The notes: generated by a model from the letters alone, not told the origin. Shown: positions 27,188 through 36,620, numbered from the stretch's first letter. The stretch is 41,172 nt of DNA from Acidimicrobiia bacterium (GCA_041576165.1 JBFGLM010000041.1:1-41172); one strand, 5' to 3'. Made by a program: numbers and translations.

Positions 27188-29971
27188 GTGCGAATCTCCG
27201 GGTCGAGAGACTCGGGGTTCAGGCTGCACGCCTCATGCGCTGAGGCCGGGGAGGTGTCGGCGTCCTTCGAGTTGCCGTTTTCCGAGATCGAACTCCAGCT
27301 GTTTGTGACGCGTATGGCCGCCTCCGGGCGGCAGGTCCGTTCGGCCGCGATGCTGACCGACGAGCGGAAGGTCCAAGCAGAAGAATTCGGATCGGCACTG
27401 TTTGCCGCGGTGTTCGACGACGACATCCGGGCGCTGCTGCGCAGCTCTCGTGAAGCCGCCCAGGATGAGGGCAAAGGCTTGCGACTGCGGCTGCGCCTCG
27501 ATGAGGCGCCGGAGCTGAACCAGATTCCCTGGGAGTACCTGCACGGTTCGACTGGTGACGGATTCCTGGCGCTGCAGACTGACACGCCGATCGTCCGCTA
27601 CGCCGAGCTGCCACTGCCGACCACGCCGCCACCCGTGCAGCTGCCGCTGTCGGTGCTGGTGATGATCTCCGACCCCACCGACCTGGATTCGCTGGCGGTC
27701 GACAAGGAATGGAACACGATCGTGCGGGCCACCGCGGCCCTGCGCGAGCAGGGCAAGCTTGTCCTCGACCGTACCGAGCAGGCGTCGCTCGCAGGGTTAC
27801 ACGACAAGCTCCGTCAGCACGACGTCAACGTTTTCCACTACATCGGGCACGGTGCATTCCATCCCGAATCGGACCAAGGCGTCCTGGCGTTCAAGCAGCC
27901 GAACGGCAATTCCCACCTGGTGCCCGGGGACGATCTGGGCATGAACCTGGCGAACGCCGAGAATCTGCGGCTGGTCGTCCTGAACACGTGCGAAGGGGCA
28001 CGCAGTTCGCTCCGCGATCCGTTCGCCGGTGTGGCGCAGAGCCTGGTCGAGCGGGGGATCCCCGCGGTGGTGGCGATGCAGTTCAAGATCACCGACAACG
28101 CGGCCCAGGCTTTCTGTGACGGGCTGTACACGACCATCTGCGAAGGCCGTCCGATCGACGAGTCGGTCACCCACACCCGGGTCTCGCTCTACAACGAGGG
28201 CAACTATGCCGAGTGGGCGACGCCGGTGCTGTACATGCGGGCCGGCGACGGCCATATCTTCGGGTTCGGGGAAACAGAAGCCGCACCAGAGCGGGCCACG
28301 ATGCCGCCGCCGGTGCCCCCGCCACCGGGACCCCTGGAAGCCAAGATCTCGGAGAACCTGGCCAGGGCCGACCTGCCGCTGACGGTCCGGGTCGGAGATG
28401 CGGAGGTCGTGGTTGAGGGGGTTGTGGACGACGAACGCTCGATCGACGCCGCCCGGGACCTGGTCACCGCCAGCCTGGCCTCCGCCGAGGCGCCCCGGTT
28501 CGTCACCATGAAGGTCGAGTCGTTGGCCGACCGGGTCCGGTCGGCGCTGGCAGGGACCGTCGATGGCCTCGAAGTGGATGCCGGTCCCGACACCCTCACC
28601 ATCCGGGGGACGGTCAACACCGCCGCCGAGTCGGTGGCCGTGATGGAGGCGGTTGCCGGCGAACTGTCCCGGGCAGGCGTGGAGCGGCAGGTCAGCCCGC
28701 AGCTCCGGGTCATCGAGAACTCGGTGCTCGAGGGCCTGGCCCGGGGCGACATCACCGCCGAAATCGACGTGACCGGCACCGACCTGGTGATCCGCCTGAC
28801 CGACCCCGCCGCCGACGAGGCCGCGGCCGAACGGACGGCGGAGACGGTGTTAGGGGCGTTGGGGATAGGCCGCATGGTGCACGTCCGGCCGCCGGCGTCA
28901 CCTCCACCGGCTGCGGAGGTGGCCACTTCGGCCGAGGCGCCGCCGCCGGAGCCGCTGGAGGCGGCTCGGCCGCAGCCGGACGACGTGCCGGCGGCGGCTC
29001 CTGCGCCTCCTCCCTCCGGTCCTGCCATGGGCCAGGCTGTCCGGGCGGGCGGCGGTCGCCGCTTGCTGCCGGTGCTGGCGGCGATCGTTCTCGCTGTGGT
29101 GGTGGCGGGAATTGTCATATTCACGCAGGCGTCGGACGAAGGCCCCGACCCGCAGACAACGACGGTACCGACGGCGGTAGGGACCTCGGTTCCGACTTCT
29201 GTGACATCGCCCACGACCCCGCCGACGACGCTGCCGCCGGTCGATCTCGGGCAGGTGCAGGCCGACGTCGAGGCTGCCGCCACCGACGCGGGAGCAGTGA
29301 CGGCCTCGGCCAATGTCGAAGAGGTTGACGGCGAGATTCGCGTGACCCTCGACGCCGTGGTGCTGGCGCCGCCGGACCGCCCGGCGGTCATCGAGGCGGC
29401 CGCAGCGGCCGCCGGAGAGGGCGCCACTGTGGTGGCGGGCAACGTCATTGTGCTCGCCGAGGCGGTGGAAGAAGAGCTGGCGCAGGCGGGGTTCCCCGAG
29501 ATCGGCGTGACAGACACGACCAGCAGCGTGATCCTCGGTGGCAGTGCGGTGGCGGCTTCCCTCGGTGAGATCGAAACGACCGTGACCGCCACCCTCGACA
29601 GGCTCGGAGTTGGTCTGAGCGTCGATGTCACTGAGATCCGACTGAGCGACGTCGAAGCCGACCTGACCGCGCTGCTGGCCGACGCCGGCTACGAAGGCGC
29701 CGGCGTAACCGCCACCGTCGACCTGATCGAGATCGAGTATGAGACCAGCGGCGGCGTCCCGGTGGCCGACGTGGAGGCGGCGATCGAGGCGCTGTACGAA
29801 GCCGCGCCCTATACGCAACGCCTCGAACTCGTGGTATCTGAGGGGACGCTGCCGCTGACCGGACCCGCCGACGTGGGCTGGACCGGCCTGGCGCTGGTCA
29901 TGTCCGGCGCGGCGCTGCTGGCCGGGGCGCGCCGGGTGGAATTGCGGCGGTCGCCCAGACCGGTCAACTGA
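27188..29971 (+). CDS. CHAT (caspase-like) protease fused to BON-like repeats, a TM helix, further BON-like repeats and a C-terminal LPxTG sorting signal
   Basis: CHAT motifs LRLRL, IPWEYL, FHYIGHG (His), LVVLNTCEG (Cys), VVAMQFKITD, WATPVLY. TM RRLLPVLAAIVLAVVVAGIVIF. LPLTG at 29849-29863 followed by a hydrophobic stretch and RRVELRR. Start uncertain. Confidence 0.85.
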   Translation: MRISGSRDSGFRLHASCAEAGEVSASFELPFSEIELQLFVTRMAASGRQVRSAAMLTDERKVQAEEFGSALFAAVFDDDIRALLRSSREAAQDEGKGLRLRLRLDEAPELNQIPWEYLHGSTGDGFLALQTDTPIVRYAELPLPTTPPPVQLPLSVLVMISDPTDLDSLAVDKEWNTIVRATAALREQGKLVLDRTEQASLAGLHDKLRQHDVNVFHYIGHGAFHPESDQGVLAFKQPNGNSHLVPGDDLGMNLANAENLRLVVLNTCEGARSSLRDPFAGVAQSLVERGIPAVVAMQFKITDNAAQAFCDGLYTTICEGRPIDESVTHTRVSLYNEGNYAEWATPVLYMRAGDGHIFGFGETEAAPERATMPPPVPPPPGPLEAKISENLARADLPLTVRVGDAEVVVEGVVDDERSIDAARDLVTASLASAEAPRFVTMKVESLADRVRSALAGTVDGLEVDAGPDTLTIRGTVNTAAESVAVMEAVAGELSRAGVERQVSPQLRVIENSVLEGLARGDITAEIDVTGTDLVIRLTDPAADEAAAERTAETVLGALGIGRMVHVRPPASPPPAAEVATSAEAPPPEPLEAARPQPDDVPAAAPAPPPSGPAMGQAVRAGGGRRLLPVLAAIVLAVVVAGIVIFTQASDEGPDPQTTTVPTAVGTSVPTSVTSPTTPPTTLPPVDLGQVQADVEAAATDAGAVTASANVEEVDGEIRVTLDAVVLAPPDRPAVIEAAAAAAGEGATVVAGNVIVLAEAVEEELAQAGFPEIGVTDTTSSVILGGSAVAASLGEIETTVTATLDRLGVGLSVDVTEIRLSDVEADLTALLADAGYEGAGVTATVDLIEIEYETSGGVPVADVEAAIEALYEAAPYTQRLELVVSEGTLPLTGPADVGWTGLALVMSGAALLAGARRVELRRSPRPVN

Positions 29972-29979
29972 CGGTGTTC

Positions 29980-29996
29980 ATCGGCGAGTCGCCGAT
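29980..29996 (+). terminator. Hairpin just after the CHAT gene
   Basis: atcggcga-g-tcgccgat. A second 10-bp stem ctggccgctg/cagcggccag lies at 30065-30096. No U-tract. Confidence 0.4.
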
Positions 29997-30201
29997 CCAC
30001 ACGAGACGAGCGTCGATTACACGCGATCCCTGTACGAGGAGGGCTTGAGCGGATGACGGCCGTCCTGGCCGCTGAGACCCACCCCGCAGCGGCCAGAACC
30101 CCTGACCTCGACGACCGCGCAGAGTGAGTGAGTCTCACGCACTATGCATTTCCATTCGGGGTCGACGTACCTTGATCACGCCGAAGATTCGGGGGGACTT
30201 C

Positions 30202-31074
30202 ATGTGGCGTCGTGCCGTGTTCGTCAGCATCGTCATCACTTCGCTGGTGATGCCGATCTCGATCGCCGGGGCGGATCTACCGCCAGGTGGCACGTTCACC
30301 GATGACGACGGCAACCCGCACGAAGGGATGATCGAAGCCATCGTGGCGGTCGGTGTGACCAACGGCTGCGATGTCGGACTGTACTGCCCGGGTCGGTCGG
30401 TGACCCGAGGGCAGATGGCGTCGTTTCTGGCGAGGGCCTTCGACCTTCCCGTCAGCGCGACAGACTATTTCACCGACGACGAGACAAACGCCCACCAGGC
30501 CAACATCAACGCCCTGGCGGCCGCCGGCGTCACCCTCGGCTGTGACACCGGTAGGTACTGCCCCGACGACCAGGTCCCCCGAGCCCAGATGGCAACGTTC
30601 CTGGCCCGAGCGATCGGGCTGGCGCCGTCGGACGTGGACGCCTTCACCGACGATGACGGCAGTGTTCACGAGGCCTACATCGATGCGCTGGCCGTTGCCG
30701 GCATCACGGCCGGATGCGGAGCCGGGACATACTGCCCAACCGCGCAGATCCCGCGGGACCAGATGGCGTCGCTGGTCGGGCGAGCGCTCGGCCTCGAACC
30801 GGTCGATGTGCCTCCACCGACGACGACCACCACATCGACAACCACGACAACAGTTGCGACCACAACGACCACGCAACCGCGGGATGACGGCCAGGGCTAC
30901 GGCTGCCACCCCGCCTACATCGACTGCGTGCCGAACCACCCGGTCGACGTCGACTGCGCCGGCGGCAGCGGCAACGGGCCCGTGTACGTCCAAGGTCCGA
31001 TCCGCCTCGTCAACGTCTCCAACGATCCGTACGGCTTGGATTCTGACAACGACGGGATCGGGTGCGAGACGTGA
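30202..31074 (+). CDS. Secreted SLH-domain protein with Thr-rich linker and excalibur-like Ca-binding C-terminus
   Basis: Signal peptide, three SLH repeats (GC...YCP...TRGQMASF), PPPTTTTTSTTTTT linker, and CHPAY..C.....DVDC...DPYGLDSDNDGIGCE (DxDxDG). Confidence 0.87.
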   Translation: MWRRAVFVSIVITSLVMPISIAGADLPPGGTFTDDDGNPHEGMIEAIVAVGVTNGCDVGLYCPGRSVTRGQMASFLARAFDLPVSATDYFTDDETNAHQANINALAAAGVTLGCDTGRYCPDDQVPRAQMATFLARAIGLAPSDVDAFTDDDGSVHEAYIDALAVAGITAGCGAGTYCPTAQIPRDQMASLVGRALGLEPVDVPPPTTTTTSTTTTTVATTTTTQPRDDGQGYGCHPAYIDCVPNHPVDVDCAGGSGNGPVYVQGPIRLVNVSNDPYGLDSDNDGIGCET

Positions 31075-31165
31075 AGCCGGCGGCGGGACGGCACGACTGT
31101 GTTTGGTAGGGATCTGATCGGAGGCGTCGGGGCGGGGACGCCTCCGGTCAGTCATGTGTCGCTCG

Positions 31166-32430
31166 TCACTTGGGGAATGGCGGTACCAGGCACAGGCTGG
31201 TGACTTGGTGGCCGCGTTCGTCATAGGCAACGACTTCGATGTCGCCCTGGCCCCGGATCTGATAGCCGACGGCATCGGCCTGGCCCTTGCCTTTGCCGTT
31301 GTTACCTCCCATTGGAGACACCGAGGCGGGGGCGCCGTTGGCCTCGACGTACTTGATCTTGGTGTCCGACGCGAACGGTCCGAAGACGGTGCCCGAGCCG
31401 GTGTCGCGTACCCACACTGGGGCGGTCTCGAAGCCCGGCAGCGTCCCGACCTCGTAGAACCCATCCTCGTTCTGGCCCTGACCGGGCGCCTGCGGCACCT
31501 GCTTGCCGTGCGGGTTACCGTTTCGACACAGTAGGTCGCGACGTGAATGTCCGTTTGTGGATCGGGCTGGTCCATGGCGTGCGGGTCGCGGGCAAGGTCG
31601 ACGGCGATGTCGGTCGTGACCTTGAACGGGTGGAGCACTTCGCTGGCCGGACGCGACACCGCCCAGGAGATCTCGACTGTTTGCGGCGCGTCGATGCCCA
31701 GCACGAAGGACTGCGATGTCACGTATCGCTCCGGGGTTGTTTCACATTCGTCGGAGAGTGACAGATCGGCCCACACGATCGCCTCTACGTCGGGTGCGGG
31801 TCCCCGGTTGACAGCGTCAACGTCCGCCCGGCAGGTGAACGGTCCGCCGCCCACCACCTCGTCGCAATCGAGGTGAACGTAGGTGACGGCCAGGTCGGCG
31901 TTCTGGAACACTTCGCTGGTGTCGGTGGTCGTGGCGCTGTTGTTCCCCGCGCCATCCCCTACGTGGATGTCGTCGGGGGACACGGTCGCGTCGAGCGTGA
32001 ACTCGTGGAGCGATCTTTTCGAGCATTCGAGGGTCCAGGTCTCCGAGAACGCGACCGGCGTGTCGACCAGCACGGCGTCGACGTCGACTTCGATTGGGGC
32101 GCCAGTCGTGCAGTCCTCCGGGGAGGTGAGATCGAGCCGCAGCGTTGCGTCCACGGGTCCGTACGGCCCGAGGTTGGTGACCACGCCGGTGGCGGTGCAG
32201 GTGAAGTCGGCGCCCACCTCGGTCGTGTCACCCCAGTCGAGGGCAAGGTCGCCGAGCGCAAGATCGGCGTCGGCGACACCGGGACGGTGTGGCGGAACTC
32301 GACCGAATTGTTGCTGAGGCCGACGTCCGCGATGGTCCACCCGACCATCGCGACTTTGTTCGAGAACGTCAGTTGGTGGAAGCTCGGGTCGGAACACGTC
32401 TCGGTGATGGCGTCCTGGATCGTTCGGCGT
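31166..32430 (-). pseudogene. 5'-truncated, doubly frameshifted gene for a repetitive (DUF11/Ig-like) secreted protein
   Basis: Three frames join: ...TCSDPSFHQLTFSNKVAMVGWTIADVGLSNNSVEFRHTVPV | ADADLAL...GNNSATTTDTSEVFQNADLAV...YCVETV | NPHGKQVPQAPGQGQNEDGFYE...CLVPPFPK. Single-base losses at ~32277 and ~31516. Confidence 0.72.
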
Positions 32431-32555
32431 GTCCCTCGTGAAGACTCTCACCCTTCGGCCCTATGCGGCAGGCCATCGGCGGCGTACGTTGAAAATGAGG
32501 CCGCCCGGCTTTCGAGGCGTGTTGTTGCTCGCCTCGAATCGTGGAGGTGATTCAC

Positions 32556-33269
32556 ATGACGGGCCGCAACAACACGATTGTGTTCGGAACCGTGCTTGCT
32601 GTCGTGGGCCTCGCCCTTGTCTGGGGTGGGCTCGGACCGCTGTCGCAGTCTCGGGACGCGCACGGCTACGTGATGAGTGACTCTTTGTCGATTGACCGGT
32701 CTTCACGCGCCGTCATCACTTACGACGTTGGCTTATTGCGCGGCCACTACGAGTGCGCCACGGAGGAGGCGTTCATCCTCAAGTTCCACTCCGAGCCGGA
32801 TGACGTCCGGATGCAGGGCACCGCCTCGGGCTCGGCTGCGCTCTTCCTCGGCATCGCACCTGCGGCTGCCGTCGACGGGTACCTCGACGGGGTCGCACAC
32901 GACGAGATCACCGAGTGGGACTGCGACGTCGACGACATCGTCCCGGTCGAATACACCACGCTCGAAGGAACCGCCATCCCGGACGCCCCCGGTACGGAAA
33001 CGTTCTGGGTGACGTCGGCCAGCGGCACCGGGCAGCAAACGGTCGACTGGACGATCGAGAGCGGTGAGTGGGCCGTGGTGGTGATGAACGCGGATGCCTC
33101 GACTGGGGTCTCGTCCCAAGTCACGTTCGGAGCTCTGGCACCGTCCGGCCTCGTTGCGATGTCCTGGGCTCTGTTCGCCGTCGGGCTGGTCGCGCTGATT
33201 GCTGGCGGGTTGCTGCTGTACCTGACACGCCGCCGCAGGGGTCGTGACGCCCCGCTGCCGGCCGGTTAG
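32556..33269 (+). CDS. Membrane protein with two TM helices flanking an extracellular domain
   Basis: RBS GGAGGTGA. Motifs RDAHGYVMS, LFLGIAPAAAVDGYLDGVAHDEI, WAVVVMNADAS (recalled from DUF4389-associated proteins). Confidence 0.8.
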   Translation: MTGRNNTIVFGTVLAVVGLALVWGGLGPLSQSRDAHGYVMSDSLSIDRSSRAVITYDVGLLRGHYECATEEAFILKFHSEPDDVRMQGTASGSAALFLGIAPAAAVDGYLDGVAHDEITEWDCDVDDIVPVEYTTLEGTAIPDAPGTETFWVTSASGTGQQTVDWTIESGEWAVVVMNADASTGVSSQVTFGALAPSGLVAMSWALFAVGLVALIAGGLLLYLTRRRRGRDAPLPAG

Positions 33270-33308
33270 GCGGACACCGAGCCCGTGCCCGACAGGTCGG
33301 GCCGCTTT

Positions 33309-33343
33309 GGTAACCCGTAGCTCAGCGCAGCTACGGGGTCACC
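33309..33343. repeat. REP-like palindrome / possible bidirectional terminator
   Basis: ggtaacccgtagct-cagcgc-agctacggggtcacc, a ~14-bp imperfect stem. Confidence 0.55.
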
Positions 33344-33760
33344 GCGGTAGCCGAGGTCGACGTGGCCATACGGCGGCTGCGCAAGGCCAAGCAGGATCCC
33401 GGTCGGTGGACGCACCGGGTACGTGAACTCCGGTGATCAGGTGATGTTTCCAGTACTCGGCGGCCAACCCGTGTCGCTGGCGACCGCCGACGTCGCAGGG
33501 GAGACGTGTTAATGCGACCCATTGAACGCAGAGTGCGCCGAACTTCATGAACCGGGCGAAGGAATCGACTGGGTGATCGCCAGCTCGGCCATGGCACGGG
33601 CGACTTCACGATGTTGCTGGACGAATCTCGGACCGGAAGAAAAGCAACAGCCATGTCGGCGGACGGCGGCCGGACCTCACCGAGGACGTGAACCATGGTC
33701 AGGTGACCCGCGGTGTCACGATCGTGAACCCTTTCGCCTGATTAGGAGCGGCTGACGGCG

Positions 33761-34798
33761 TTACCGGTCGTCCGTCAGGTCAATGACGGCACGGCCGATC
33801 ACCGCTCCTTCGGCCAGGTTGTTGAAGGCTTCGTTGGCGGCGTCCAGTGGGTAGGTGCGGCTCACTACGGGCTCGACGGCGCCGGCAGTCACTAGCTCCA
33901 GGGTTGCTTCGATGTCGACCCGGTTGGAGGCGCGGCTGCCGAGGATGCGACGCTCGTTCAGCACCATGGCGAACACGTCGGACGCCACCGTGTCGCCGGG
34001 CGTGTAGCCCACCAGGACCAAGCGTCCGTCCGGGATGAGCCGGTCGAGGGCGCTGGCCGTCGACGCCGCGTTGCCTACGAAATCAAACGCGACCGCGTAC
34101 CCGACCCCGAATCTGCCTTCTGAGGGTGGGATTGCCGCCAGCTCGTCGGGGGTGAGCGCCTCAGCCGCGCCGTGGTCGAGCGCCAATTGGCGTTTGGCCG
34201 CGTCGGGCTCGCTCACGGTCACCTCCGCCCCGGCGTGGATCAGCAGCTGTACGGCATGGATGCCGAGCCCGCCCGCGCCGATGACCAGCACCCGCTCGCC
34301 TGAGAGGATCCCGGCCCGCCCAATGGCGTGGTGCACGGTCGAAATACAGTCGGGCAGGAGCGCGGCGGCGGTTGGGTCCATCCCGTCGGGTATTACGATC
34401 GGTTCGGCGGCCGGCACACACATGAAGTCGCGCAGCCCGCCGTCGACGGTGAAGCCGGGGCGCCGCACGTGCACACAGAAATGGTCGGCGCCGCGGGCAC
34501 ACGCATCACAGTCACCACACGTCCAAGCGAGGGGCACCACCACCGGCGAACCGACCAGCGACTCACCCGCCGGGCCTCCCGCTGCCACCACCCGGCCGGC
34601 GATCTCATGCCCGGGAACGAACGGCAGCGGTGCCTCGTCGAACACGCCCGCCTGGACCTTCAGGTCGGTGCGGCACACCCCGCACGCCTCGACCGAGATC
34701 AGGACCTCGTCGGGGGCCGGTACCGGCACCGGCATTTCCCTTGGCTGCAGCTCCGAACCAAACGTGTCGATCACCATCGCTCGCATCGTGGTTTCCAT
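33761..34798 (-). CDS. Zinc-dependent alcohol dehydrogenase (AdhP-like MDR)
   Basis: ACGVCRTD, GHE, CGDCDAC...C structural Zn site, GAGGLG. Confidence 0.92.
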   Translation of the reverse strand: METTMRAMVIDTFGSELQPREMPVPVPAPDEVLISVEACGVCRTDLKVQAGVFDEAPLPFVPGHEIAGRVVAAGGPAGESLVGSPVVVPLAWTCGDCDACARGADHFCVHVRRPGFTVDGGLRDFMCVPAAEPIVIPDGMDPTAAALLPDCISTVHHAIGRAGILSGERVLVIGAGGLGIHAVQLLIHAGAEVTVSEPDAAKRQLALDHGAAEALTPDELAAIPPSEGRFGVGYAVAFDFVGNAASTASALDRLIPDGRLVLVGYTPGDTVASDVFAMVLNERRILGSRASNRVDIEATLELVTAGAVEPVVSRTYPLDAANEAFNNLAEGAVIGRAVIDLTDDR

Positions 34799-35806
34799 TC
34801 AGGCACCTCCGGAGACGGTGACCGCCTTCATGATCTCGCTGCGCCGGAGGCGCCGGAGCGCGTCGGGCAGCTCCTCGAGGGTGTGGCGATAGTCGACCAG
34901 CGGCTCCCACCGCACCCGGCCGCTCGCCAGCAGCTCCACCGCCGGGCCCTGGGTGCCGTTGAGCCCGCGGGAGCCAACGATCCGGACCTCCCGTTCGTAG
35001 AGCTTGACCGGTTCGATAGGCACCGTCGCGCCATGGGCACAGATCCCGAATACGAGCAGGGTGCCACCCCAATCTGTGGCGTCGAAAGCCGCAGGCAACG
35101 CCGCGGCCTTCCCGGTGGCGTCGACTACCAGGGAGAACCGCCCGCGATGGGCGTCGAGGGCTCCGTCGATGTTGGTGAAGACTCCGTCGAGATCGAGTTG
35201 TTCCGCCACGTCGCGGCGGGCCGCTAGGTGTTCGCACACCAGGACCGACGATGGGGCGAAGGCTCGCGCCGCTTGCGCCAGCAGCAGCCCGGCGGCGCCG
35301 GCGCCCACCACCAGCACCCTTTCACCCGGGCCGATCCCGGCCCGCTGCAGTGCATGGACTGCGCAGGCGAGCGGTTGGGAGACCGCCGCCGCCACGTACG
35401 ACATGTCGTCGGGTATCGGCACCAGGTTGGCGGCTGTCGCTGCCGCATGAGTCGCGCTGCCGCCCGGTCGAGTGACCCCGTAGCCGGCGAGGCGTCGGCA
35501 GATATTGCGCCGGTGGGACCAGCAGTGATCACAGGCGCCGCAGGCCAGCGTCGGATCCACCGCGAACCGCCGCCCGATCAGTGCGTGGTCGATGTCGTGG
35601 CCGACGGCCACCACCTCGCCGGCGAATTCGTGGCCGGGAATCACCGGATAGGACACCGACGACCATTCGCCGGCGAGGAGATGCAGGTCGCTGCCGCACA
35701 GTCCGTTGGCGCGTACGGCGATGATCACCTCGCCCGGTGCGGGCACCGGGTCGGGCACGTCCTCGATCGTCAGGCGCTGTGGCTCGTGGACCACCGCTGC
35801 GCGCAT
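34799..35806 (-). CDS. Zinc-dependent dehydrogenase (sorbitol/threonine DH-like MDR)
   Basis: GLCGSDLH, PGHEFAG, CGACDHC...C, GAGAAG. Confidence 0.92.
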   Translation of the reverse strand: MRAAVVHEPQRLTIEDVPDPVPAPGEVIIAVRANGLCGSDLHLLAGEWSSVSYPVIPGHEFAGEVVAVGHDIDHALIGRRFAVDPTLACGACDHCWSHRRNICRRLAGYGVTRPGGSATHAAATAANLVPIPDDMSYVAAAVSQPLACAVHALQRAGIGPGERVLVVGAGAAGLLLAQAARAFAPSSVLVCEHLAARRDVAEQLDLDGVFTNIDGALDAHRGRFSLVVDATGKAAALPAAFDATDWGGTLLVFGICAHGATVPIEPVKLYEREVRIVGSRGLNGTQGPAVELLASGRVRWEPLVDYRHTLEELPDALRRLRRSEIMKAVTVSGGA

Positions 35807-35830
35807 TGCCTCAGGGTGCCCGTCGGCCGG

Positions 35831-36592
35831 TCACGTCAGGCAGAAGTCGCGGATCGCCGCCGCGAACGCGGCCGGTTCGTCGTTCATGGGAAAGTGACCA
35901 GAGTCATCCAGCACCACAACCTGGCAACCGGGCACGGCAGCTTCGAACCGCTCCCGGGTATAGACGGTCGGGCCCTTGGTGCCGTAGAGGAGCAGGGCGG
36001 GCACGCCGATCTGGGGCGCCCACTTGTCCAGGTCGTATTCCCGGATGGCCCACATGGTCGACATCATCGACTTGGCACCGGCCTTGTTTCGATCGATGTT
36101 CCAGCGGCGGAGGAACTCGTCGGTCACGGTGTTGAAGCGGGCGCTCACCGTTTCCCGGTTCTGGGTGGCGATCCCGAAGTTGCCTTCAATCATGTCCCAG
36201 TGCTCGGCCCATTCGGCGTCGCCGCGGTACATCGTCTCCACCGCCACCACGTGGGAGAAACGATCGGGGTAGCGGGCGCCGAGGGAGATGACGAAGATGC
36301 CGCCGATCGACGTCCCGGCCACGGCCGCCTTGCCGATATCGAGCGCGTCCATCACCTCAACGAAGGCGTCGGTGTACTCGTCGATGACGATGTGGCGGTG
36401 TGGCCCGTCGGAGTCGCCCTGGCCGGGCTGGTCGAGGGCGATCACGTCGAACGAGGCGGCGAGGTCGTCCCAGCAGTCGGACCATTCGTGGACCGAGTTG
36501 CCGTTGCTGTGCAACAGGAGCAGGGGATGGCCCGATCCCTCCCGGAGGTAGTGGATCCGACCGAGGCTGGTCGGGATGAAACCCTCATACAT
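35831..36592 (-). CDS. Alpha/beta-fold hydrolase
   Basis: DQPGQGDS, nucleophile GTSIGG, His SGHFP. Confidence 0.9.
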   Translation of the reverse strand: MYEGFIPTSLGRIHYLREGSGHPLLLLHSNGNSVHEWSDCWDDLAASFDVIALDQPGQGDSDGPHRHIVIDEYTDAFVEVMDALDIGKAAVAGTSIGGIFVISLGARYPDRFSHVVAVETMYRGDAEWAEHWDMIEGNFGIATQNRETVSARFNTVTDEFLRRWNIDRNKAGAKSMMSTMWAIREYDLDKWAPQIGVPALLLYGTKGPTVYTRERFEAAVPGCQVVVLDDSGHFPMNDEPAAFAAAIRDFCLT

Positions 36593-36620
36593 GCGAGACC
36601 CTCCCTGTCGAGACCGGGCG

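Noticed and set aside
28204-29631. 475-aa Ser/Thr/Ala-rich minus-strand ORF
   Set aside because: Antisense frame of the CHAT fusion gene; its composition mirrors the sense codons.
30815-30875. ACC/ACG/ACA short tandem repeats (also 8690-8800 and 29155-29230)
   Set aside because: They encode Thr-rich linkers; not CRISPR or VNTR elements.
30277-32451. 724-aa ORF as a single real protein
   Set aside because: Only ~31516-32277 is protein-like (middle piece of the pseudogene); the rest is off-frame or antisense to the SLH gene.
33331-33755. Short ORFs in the gap before the ADH genes
   Set aside because: No RBS, recognisable motif or consistent codon bias in any frame.
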